Assembly: GCA_033764315.1 (NCBI GenBank) | Contig: JANRJA010000156.1 | Span: 1 to 11,610, forward strand | From: Oculatellaceae cyanobacterium bins.114 | Lineage (GTDB): Bacteria; Cyanobacteriota; Cyanobacteriia; Elainellales; Elainellaceae | Length of the DNA: 11,610 nt | Reading direction: 5' to 3' | In this document: positions 1 to 7,187 of the stretch, one piece after another | How positions within the stretch are numbered: position 1 is the stretch's first letter | Layout of the letters: every line of letters begins with the position of its first letter | Translations under genes and position numbers: made by a program | The notes under the pieces: model-generated | What the model was told of the DNA's origin: nothing | The model's database searches: none | Seen by the model: only the letters and a program-made list of their open reading frames with translations

Positions 1-1
1 G

Positions 2-364
2 CCCCCTCACAGCACCGGAGCCGCTGTTGATGTGACATTAGTTGATCAATACAATCACCCGATTGATATGGGTTCGCCGATCGATGAAATGTCGCTGCGG
101 TCTTATCCTGATTACTTTTCACCAACGTTTGACCCCCCTCACCCGCATGAGAGTGTGGTGAATCTGTCGGAACGCCCCAATGCAACCGTTCACTATCACC
201 GGCAGATCTTACGCGAGATCATGACCTCAGTTGGTTTCTTACAACACCCCAATGAATGGTGGCACTTTTCATTAGGAGATCAGATGTGGATGTGGTTGAC
301 TCAGCAACACCACCCTGAAAAGACCTTAGTGGCTCGATATGGGGCAATCGAGCATTTTAGTTAA
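2..364 (+). CDS. D-alanyl-D-alanine dipeptidase (peptidase M15D, VanX/DdpX-like), 3' part; 5' end lies outside the window
   Basis: The frame is open from base 2 and reads PPHSTGAAVDVTLVD (HxxGxAxD zinc-ligand motif), then DMGSPIDE and EWWHF (catalytic Glu and Zn-ligand His). The GTG at 32 in the ORF track is an internal codon. Confidence 0.9.
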   Translation, partial: PPHSTGAAVDVTLVDQYNHPIDMGSPIDEMSLRSYPDYFSPTFDPPHPHESVVNLSERPNATVHYHRQILREIMTSVGFLQHPNEWWHFSLGDQMWMWLTQQHHPEKTLVARYGAIEHFS

Positions 365-522
365 ATTGAGTTAAATGGTCTTAGAGTGAGGACAAGACTG
401 GCGATCGCCCTCTTATCTTGGCAAAATCGGTGCCATAACCCCACCCCATAAAGTTTGATGAGACTGAAGGGTATATGGTGAGGTATAACCAGTAAGAGAC
501 CTACATTGCCCGCCCTAACCCT

Positions 523-1491
523 ATGGACGCAAGAGATGTGAGAGCCTTTCTCACAATCGCCATCTTTCTAACTTCTCTTTTGATTGTGGCAGGTTTTGTC
601 AAACTCGCTCGTGCAGCAAAGGTCGATCGCGTCAACCAACTTTTAGAAACCAGAACCTGTTTTGCTTGCGATCTTGAAGATGTTGATCTGAGAAATGCGG
701 ATCTGGAAGATGTCAATCTTGAATCTGCCAACCTGAGAGGTGCCGATTTTTATCGAGCAAATTTAAGCAGAGCTAACATGAATGGGGTCATTCTCAATGA
801 GGCAGACCTGACAGAAGCCGATTTACAAGACACGTATCTGGGAGATGCCTTGCTTAGCTCAGTGGTGTTAAGCCGAGCCGATTTAAGACGAGCTAATTTG
901 CGAGGGGCTTATTTAGGAGATGCAGATTTAGATGCAGCCAACCTCAGCAGTGCCCATCTCGGAGACACCATCTTTAGTAGAGCGTTGCTCAGCCAAGCCA
1001 ATCTCAATGAAGCCAATTTAGGTGGAGCCAACTTGGGAGAAGCTAATTTGAGTGAAGCCACCCTCAGAAGGGCTGACTTGCGAATGGCATACCTGGGCGA
1101 CACTAACTTGAGTGATGCTCGCCTGCCAGGAGCCAACCTATCCAGGGGCAATCTGCCCAGAGCCAACTTGCGCCGGGCTAATCTGCGTCGGGTCAATTTA
1201 GGAGATGCAGATTTAAGAGGTGCCATTTTAGAAGAGGCAAGCCTCAATGGAGCCAATCTGCTGCGGGCTAATCTGCTGCGGGCGAGTTTAACGAATGCCA
1301 ACTTAACAAACGCCAACTTGACGGGGGCTAATCTCCGTCGAACAGATCTGAGCCGAGCCAATTTGACCGGGGCAACTCTGACCGGGGCAAACTTAAGTGC
1401 CACGAACTTAGATGGGGTGACGTTGTGTAACACAACCATGCCCGATGGCAGAATCGAAAATCGAGATTGTTATGCAAGCGACGATCGTTGA
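523..1491 (+). CDS. Pentapeptide-repeat (Rfr beta-helix) protein with N-terminal signal/TM segment, probably exported (periplasm or thylakoid lumen)
   Basis: About 50 tandem A(D/N)Lxx units. Hydrophobic N-terminus ending in ARA, N-cap LLETRTCFACDL and C-cap TLCNTTMPDG...NRDC, as is typical of cyanobacterial pentapeptide proteins. Confidence 0.93.
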   Translation: MDARDVRAFLTIAIFLTSLLIVAGFVKLARAAKVDRVNQLLETRTCFACDLEDVDLRNADLEDVNLESANLRGADFYRANLSRANMNGVILNEADLTEADLQDTYLGDALLSSVVLSRADLRRANLRGAYLGDADLDAANLSSAHLGDTIFSRALLSQANLNEANLGGANLGEANLSEATLRRADLRMAYLGDTNLSDARLPGANLSRGNLPRANLRRANLRRVNLGDADLRGAILEEASLNGANLLRANLLRASLTNANLTNANLTGANLRRTDLSRANLTGATLTGANLSATNLDGVTLCNTTMPDGRIENRDCYASDDR

Positions 1492-1530
1492 GCCTATCCC
1501 TGAGCAACAACAGTTCCTGATCAACAATAG

Positions 1531-2064
1531 TTATTGAATGGCTCCCATGCGACTAGGGGGCCAATATCGTCGAGTTACTTTGCCTAAAATATTTTCTCGT
1601 GGAACAAATCCCCAATACTGACTATCAAAGGCATTATTGCGGTTATCCCCAAAGACAACATAGGCATTGGGCGGAACCGTCACAGGCCCCCACACATAGG
1701 CAGGAGGTTCAAGAATGTAACCCTCCTGAATGGGTTGATTGTTGATGTAGACTTCACCCTTTCTTACCTCAATCGTTTCTCCTGGTAAAGCAACAACCCG
1801 CTTGATCCAGAGTGTTTCGGTATCCATCTCTGGTGATGCTTGCAAAATGCCTTCAGTTGGCTTGAAGATGACGATGTCGCCCCGTTGAGGGGGTTCAGAG
1901 TGATAAGCGTTGAGATTGGCAACAATGCGATCGTTAAGCTGCAATGTCGGTGCCATTGACTCAGACGGAATGTAGAGAGCTTTATAGGCAGGAGTACAAG
2001 CCGTCAATGTAAATGCCCCAAGAATGCCAACAAACCAGTACACTACACGTTTTTGAGTCAACAT
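1531..2064 (-). CDS. lepB: Signal peptidase I (S26A), short single-anchor type
   Basis: Box B YIPSESMAPTL (catalytic Ser36), box C RGDIVIF, box D IKRVVALPGE (catalytic Lys), box E GDNRNNAFDS. Confidence 0.92.
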   Translation of the reverse strand: MLTQKRVVYWFVGILGAFTLTACTPAYKALYIPSESMAPTLQLNDRIVANLNAYHSEPPQRGDIVIFKPTEGILQASPEMDTETLWIKRVVALPGETIEVRKGEVYINNQPIQEGYILEPPAYVWGPVTVPPNAYVVFGDNRNNAFDSQYWGFVPRENILGKVTRRYWPPSRMGAIQ

Positions 2065-2151
2065 AGGAGACGCACAGACCTTACTGAACGGTATGAGTAG
2101 CGTACTACAGACTTGAGCCAGAAAACTCTACAAACTCAACCAGACATCGTC

Positions 2152-3078
2152 TCAGGCAGAAGTTGGATTGGCAGAGGGTTCCCCTGAAACAGGAGCTTCT
2201 GTCGAGGATCCAGCGTTGAGATCAACATCAGGGAGAGACGGATGAGGGAGAGACACTGTGGGAACTGGCATATGCTGCATTTCCCAGGCTTTCAACAAAA
2301 TTAGGTATTCATAAAACGCCTGTAATGTACACCAGGTAAAGCCAGCTTTTCCATCTAAAAATCCGCCCAAAAAGATGTACATATATAGGAAACGCACAAA
2401 CGGACGGAATGGCATTCGCTGGGATAGGTCTTTAAGTGCTCTACGTCGCTCAACCTCTGTTTGTCCAAATAGGATTTTCCACCAATCAACTCGACCCGTT
2501 GCCAATTGCCGAATCGTTTCGCTGGCTTCGTCAGTTGAATAGCGATTGTGCTTCTCTAGCCAGCGACTGAACCCTTTACTACAGGTGTAATGGGGGTAAG
2601 TTTCTTGGAGAAACCCAGTAGAGCCATCACACACTTCTCGCTCAGTGTGTCCATAGTCGTCATACCAAACCTTACCCTGGCGCAAGAGCCGCAACTGATA
2701 TCGCGGATATTGTGTGCTGCGACGAATCCAGGTGCCCATAAACATGACACGCTCTGCCACGTAATAGCCCACATGCTGGTCACTTTGAATTGCTCTAAGA
2801 CATTCTTGAAACAACTCTGGGGTCATGCGCTCATCGGCTTCTAGAATATAAACCCACTCATGTCGAGGGGGAACAGACTCTAGCATCCAGGTGCGCTGTC
2901 GCCCGTGACTCTCAAAGGCATGTTGGACGACTCGAATAGGATAATGACGGGCAATCTCAACGGTGCGATCGCTGCTGTTAGAATCAACCACCACCACATC
3001 ATCTGAGAGCAGGGCAGATTCAACACAGGCAGCGATATCAATTTCTTCGTTGTAGGTAAGGATGTAAATCGAGAACAT
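2152..3078 (-). CDS. Glycosyltransferase family 2 (WaaE/KdtX-like fold), possibly an hps-type polysaccharide GT
   Basis: N-terminal SIYILTYNEE, VVVDSNSSDRTVEIA, WVYILEADE, C-terminal GFLDGKAGF. Lies directly downstream of and co-oriented with an HpsJ-like gene. Confidence 0.88.
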   Translation of the reverse strand: MFSIYILTYNEEIDIAACVESALLSDDVVVVDSNSSDRTVEIARHYPIRVVQHAFESHGRQRTWMLESVPPRHEWVYILEADERMTPELFQECLRAIQSDQHVGYYVAERVMFMGTWIRRSTQYPRYQLRLLRQGKVWYDDYGHTEREVCDGSTGFLQETYPHYTCSKGFSRWLEKHNRYSTDEASETIRQLATGRVDWWKILFGQTEVERRRALKDLSQRMPFRPFVRFLYMYIFLGGFLDGKAGFTWCTLQAFYEYLILLKAWEMQHMPVPTVSLPHPSLPDVDLNAGSSTEAPVSGEPSANPTSA

Positions 3079-3158
3079 AGAGAGGGGAGGTTCAAATGCA
3101 TATTAGTCCGGTAGAGCACACTCAGACGATCAGCAAATCAACCGGAAACACAACCCAA

Positions 3159-3941
3159 TTAAGCCTTATTCCAGCTTCTTAAACCAAGCCAGCCAACAAT
3201 AATGTAGCCGATCGCTAATAATAGGCTACCCAACCCAACTCGCAAGCCCGACTTGAGCGATTCTGCTTTAGCCGTACTCGTGGCTTGCTCTCGCCGCAGT
3301 CCAATTTCAGTTTGAAATTGTTGCCGCAGTTCCCCAATTCGCCGCTCTACAAATTGATCGAGAGCTTGAGGATTCTGCCGAAATTCGCGGAGTTGAGCGG
3401 CTTGATCTTCAGGTAGTTGGCCGCTTGCCAAGACCTGATCCAGTTGGGCTGGATTTGCCAACAATTGTTCTAGTTGTTGCCGCTGTTGACCCACTTCGTT
3501 TTGTAGCCGACTGTCTAGCTGAGTCTCGGCTTGGGTGGCTTCCTGATTGATCCGCTCCAGGACTTCCCCATTGTTGATACGAACATTATTTAGATGTAGA
3601 AAAAAGACAAGGATAAACAGTAAGCCTAAGACGCTTGCCAGGACTAATCCTAAAAATCCTAAATCTCCCCACGATTTGCGATCGCCAGTTCGTAACCCCG
3701 CAATGCTATCTACCCAAGACCCCACCAACAGCAGTGCAATTCCCACAAGAGGAACGATGCCACGATCTACAAGCTGGGTTGCAAAATTAATCTGCCACAC
3801 CCGCTCATGCACCTGAAATGGAATAGGCAAAACGATAACATCTAGCAAGGCTAGAAGGATGATGATAACACCAGCCGTTTTGAGGGTGCGAGAGACGGTA
3901 GGTGAGATTTGACGACTACCAAGTGCTTTTGTTGAACTCAT
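3159..3941 (-). CDS. hpsJ: HpsJ-family membrane protein (hormogonium polysaccharide-associated)
   Basis: Three N-terminal hydrophobic segments including WQINFATQLVDRGIVPLVGIALL, a Q/E-rich helical region and one C-terminal TM helix. This matches my recollection of the cyanobacterial HpsJ family. ATG at 3941 (260 aa) is preferred over the non-ATG start at 3986. Confidence 0.65.
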   Translation of the reverse strand: MSSTKALGSRQISPTVSRTLKTAGVIIILLALLDVIVLPIPFQVHERVWQINFATQLVDRGIVPLVGIALLLVGSWVDSIAGLRTGDRKSWGDLGFLGLVLASVLGLLFILVFFLHLNNVRINNGEVLERINQEATQAETQLDSRLQNEVGQQRQQLEQLLANPAQLDQVLASGQLPEDQAAQLREFRQNPQALDQFVERRIGELRQQFQTEIGLRREQATSTAKAESLKSGLRVGLGSLLLAIGYIIVGWLGLRSWNKA

Positions 3942-4217
3942 ACGTGAAAAACTATCGGTTCCATAATTCTGGAGTTTGCCTGGCAATCTGAATACACCAG
4001 ATAACCCAAGGCTTCATTAAACATCATGCTGATAGCAACAACCAGGCATTACAGGCTACAGTTATCCTGGCAAAAATAATGCATGGCTAACGTAATTGTG
4101 CCTTAAATATAAGAAAACATTACATACAGCCGTCCTAAATTAGGTTCGTAGATTCAATCACTTTGGAAACCTCACCCACCTATGGCACCTCTCTCCAACC
4201 AGAGAGTGATACCCATT

Positions 4218-5657
4218 TCAATTGAAATGGGCGTTAGAACAGCGAGCTTTTTGCTGCCGAATTTTATCTTGTACTTGTGGGGGAACGCCCAAAATTGCAG
4301 TGGCGTAAAGCCGCTCAAACTCACGTTGGAAATGAGCCGCAATAGTGGGATCGCTAATCACTAAAAGATTTTCATCGTTGCTGGTGTTAGCCGCCGCCGT
4401 CCAATTATGGGAGCCAGTGATGACCAATCGTTTATCCACAACTCCAAATTTGTGATGTAGTAAATCTCCTTCAGGCATTTGGGGCACCCCTACGGTAGCG
4501 ATCGCCCCACTCCACGGTTGATTACCCGGTTCAAACTGACAAGAATCATCGGCTAAAGCCACGCCCATCATATCCAATGCTTCGCTGTAGTTGCGATAGG
4601 CAAACTGAGCATCAATCAAAGCCCGAATGGATACCCCACGCTGATGTAACCCTTCTAGCTGATTACTCAGGTTTTGCTCTGACAGCACAAAGAGTGCCAT
4701 ATCAATCGTTTGAGTTGCGGTATTTAAGACTCTGCCAATAAACCCATTGACGCTGTAGTCCCAGGGGCGTGAGGTAGATGTTGGAGAAAACTGGACTGCA
4801 ATGGATGAACCCGATGGCAGCATTATGGTTTGAGGCAATCGATAGGGCTTTTGTAACCCAAAGTAACTATCGGGTTTGCCACCTGGACCGTCTCCCCAGA
4901 GGATCGCAAATTCTTGAGAGAATAGTTGTGCCAGAGCAGGGCTGTTAATTTTTAACAAGTGATTGGCATTGCCTTCACTCTCAGATGCCAAAAAATCACC
5001 GTGTACGTCTGACAGTGAATAATTAACAGACCCCGTCAAAACGAGTTTTTGATCAACCACCATAAATTTATGGTGCATTAGAGCAGAGCCTTTAGAGCCA
5101 TCTGCGGTGTCATCGATCAGGGGGATTTGGGCTTTTTGCACGATCAAAATGGAGTCTGACTGTTCCGCTTCTATGGCATCAACGTGACCATCTTGATTGC
5201 GATCGCCCAGTTGAATAAATTCTTCATATTTACTGCGGTCGTGGTCTTCTAGGCGACTCGCAGTTTGAGGAGTGACCTCGCTCCAGCGACGGTTGTAGTC
5301 ATGCTCTAAAACAATCCGCACCTTAACCCCAGCTTGATAGCGATCGCGCAAGGCCGCTGCGACACGGGGCAAGTGTAACTCTTGAACAGCTAGATCAATC
5401 GAAGATTGAGCTGACGCAATTGTGTCAATGATGATCTGCTCTAAATCGTCTCCTAGGCGCGATCGCTGGCGATAGGGGTCGGTATACACAGCAGACTGGG
5501 AGTGGTTGAAATACACTTGAATATCGGGGGACTGAGGCAGAGGTCGCAACAGAGGGTTCAGGGAGGTTCCATGTCTCCAGGCATTCACCCCTAAAAACAG
5601 CATCACTCCCACCAGAAACAACAGTCCCCAGCGCAGCCAAGAAAACGGTAGACGCAC
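4218..5657 (-). CDS. Phospholipase D-superfamily protein with two HKD motifs, cyanobacterial ComA-like competence nuclease, lacking a C-terminal HhH domain
   Basis: LMHHKFMVVD...LTGSVN and LLHHKFGVVD...ITGSHNWT..A...NDEN motifs, plus N-terminal TM WGLLFLVGVMLFLGV. GTG at 5657 is preferred, because the 5837 start would leave only 14 bp before the divergent gene. Start codon uncertain. Confidence 0.85.
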   Translation of the reverse strand: MRLPFSWLRWGLLFLVGVMLFLGVNAWRHGTSLNPLLRPLPQSPDIQVYFNHSQSAVYTDPYRQRSRLGDDLEQIIIDTIASAQSSIDLAVQELHLPRVAAALRDRYQAGVKVRIVLEHDYNRRWSEVTPQTASRLEDHDRSKYEEFIQLGDRNQDGHVDAIEAEQSDSILIVQKAQIPLIDDTADGSKGSALMHHKFMVVDQKLVLTGSVNYSLSDVHGDFLASESEGNANHLLKINSPALAQLFSQEFAILWGDGPGGKPDSYFGLQKPYRLPQTIMLPSGSSIAVQFSPTSTSRPWDYSVNGFIGRVLNTATQTIDMALFVLSEQNLSNQLEGLHQRGVSIRALIDAQFAYRNYSEALDMMGVALADDSCQFEPGNQPWSGAIATVGVPQMPEGDLLHHKFGVVDKRLVITGSHNWTAAANTSNDENLLVISDPTIAAHFQREFERLYATAILGVPPQVQDKIRQQKARCSNAHFN

Positions 5658-5851
5658 GGTAATTCTCAAGCAGATGATCGTTTTTAGTTGTGCCCGTTGA
5701 ACGTAAAGTCCTAACGCCCGATCATCAAGGATTTTTAATCTCAGGTCAGTGGTTTCTAGGGAGCCAGAGTTATATGCTGAGAAGGGAACTGACTGAACAG
5801 GATGATTTGCAACCTCAGCAAATATCTTGGTAATCAATTGAGCTTGGTATT

Positions 5852-7021
5852 ATGCAGATCTATCTGGACTACAGTGCTACGACTCCACCTCGCCCAGAGG
5901 CGATCGCCTTGATGCAACAAGTGCTCACTGAGCAGTGGGGCAATCCATCGAGCCTCCATCAGTGGGGTAATCGAGCTGCCACCGTGTTAGAACATGCTCG
6001 CGTCCAAGTCGCAGGGCTGATCAATGCCGCTCCAGAGTCAGTGGTGTTTACGTCGGGGGGCACTGAAGCCGATAATCTGGCGATCGTTGGAGTGGCTCGG
6101 CTCTATTGCCAACCTCAGCATTTAATTATTTCTAGCGTTGAGCATTCTGCTATTTCAGAGCCAGCCCGCTTGTTAGAGCAGTGGGGGTGGCAGGTGACTC
6201 GTTTGCCCGTGACCGTTCAAGGACGGGTTGATCCCGCAGAGCTACAGGCGGCACTGCGTCCTAATACCGTTTTGGTATCTGTGATCTATGGACAGAGCGA
6301 AGTGGGGACTCTGCAACCGATTGAGGCATTAGGGAAACTGGTTCGCAATCATGGTGCTTTGTTCCACACCGATGCTGTGCAGGTTGCGGGTCGATTGCCC
6401 ATCGATGTGCAGCAATTACCCGTCGATTTACTTTCTCTGTCCAGCCACAAGATTTACGGGCCTCAAGGGGCAGGTGCCCTTTATGTGCGTCCTGATGTGA
6501 AGTTGGTGGCTCTGTTGGGTGGAGGTGGGCAAGAATTTAAGTTGCGATCGGGGACACAAGCCCTTCCAGCGATCGCCGGGTTTGGCATAGCCGCGTCTCT
6601 CGCCTTACAAGAAATGGCGACTGAAACGCCTCGACTCATGCAATTGCGCGATCGCTTGTTTGACCAGTTAGCCGATGTGTGTGATTTGAGTGTGACGGGC
6701 GATCGCCTACATCGATTGCCCCACCATGTCAGCTTTGTATTGCGCTCTGCCGATGGCGATCGTCTCAGTGGCAAAACCTTGGTACGACAAATGAACCTGG
6801 CTGGCATTGCGATTAGTGCAGGGTCAGCTTGTCACAGCGGCAAATTAACTCCCAGTCCTATCTTGAAGGCAATGGGCTATAGCGATCGCGCCGCTAAAAG
6901 TGGCATCCGTCTGACTTTAGGGCGGCAGACTACTGAGGCAGATATTGATTGGACAGCAATGGTGCTAAAGCAGATTCTCGACCGAGTCGCACCCAAGATG
7001 AGTCTCTGTGCTGAGTGTTGA
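5852..7021 (+). CDS. iscS: Cysteine desulfurase, group I (NifS/IscS-like)
   Basis: IYLDYSATTP, GNPSSLH, FTSGGTEADN, HTDAVQ, SSHKIYGPQG (PLP Lys), RSGT, and SAGSAC (catalytic Cys, group I pattern). No neighbouring isc/nif/suf genes, so the symbol is family-level only. Confidence 0.92.
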   Translation: MQIYLDYSATTPPRPEAIALMQQVLTEQWGNPSSLHQWGNRAATVLEHARVQVAGLINAAPESVVFTSGGTEADNLAIVGVARLYCQPQHLIISSVEHSAISEPARLLEQWGWQVTRLPVTVQGRVDPAELQAALRPNTVLVSVIYGQSEVGTLQPIEALGKLVRNHGALFHTDAVQVAGRLPIDVQQLPVDLLSLSSHKIYGPQGAGALYVRPDVKLVALLGGGGQEFKLRSGTQALPAIAGFGIAASLALQEMATETPRLMQLRDRLFDQLADVCDLSVTGDRLHRLPHHVSFVLRSADGDRLSGKTLVRQMNLAGIAISAGSACHSGKLTPSPILKAMGYSDRAAKSGIRLTLGRQTTEADIDWTAMVLKQILDRVAPKMSLCAEC

Positions 7022-7085
7022 GAAAAAGCTGACGGATCAAAAAGACTGTTCTTCTACCTTAGATCACCTTATGGGCGACTGTTCC

Positions 7086-7151
7086 AGATCCCCGGTTTCT
7101 AGGATGTAAAGAGGCACCTTTCAGTCAGATTCAATGAGAAACCGGGGATCT
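7086..7151. repeat. Perfect 15-bp inverted repeat with 36-nt spacer (small dispersed repeat/MITE-like; possible bidirectional terminator)
   Basis: AGATCCCCGGTTTCT (7086-7100) and AGAAACCGGGGATCT (7137-7151), between the convergent desulfurase and serpin stop codons. Confidence 0.8.
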
Positions 7152-7187
7152 AAACCCCTCAATTGCACATCGCGTTAGATCCTTACT

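Noticed and set aside
393..421. Terminator after the dipeptidase gene
   Set aside because: The symmetry is mostly the HIP1 palindrome itself; flanking pairing is weak and there is no clear U-tract.
909..1439. 176-aa minus-strand ORF with periodic KLA/RLA units (also 501-731 and 1328-1510)
   Set aside because: Antisense or alternate-frame shadow of the pentapeptide gene; the periodicity is explained by the sense-strand repeat.
2556..3119. Short ORFs 2556-2783, 2590-2844 and 2880-3119
   Set aside because: They overlap the well-supported GT2 gene and have no recognisable motifs.
3942..3986. 15-codon extension of the HpsJ-like ORF
   Set aside because: Non-ATG start; the ATG at 3941 gives a more typical N-terminus.
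4218..5657. PLD protein as an anti-phage defence nuclease (e.g. DISARM DrmC or Zorya/restriction-associated)
   Set aside because: It has a membrane anchor, two HKD motifs and housekeeping neighbours, with no helicase or methylase genes. A ComA-like identity fits better.
5658..5837. 60-codon N-terminal extension of the PLD ORF
   Set aside because: TTG start only 14 bp from the divergent desulfurase start. It would push the TM segment inward and is more likely shared promoter DNA.
5852..7021. DndA (phosphorothioation) or nitrogen-fixation nifS assignment
   Set aside because: No dnd/ssp or nif genes are adjacent.
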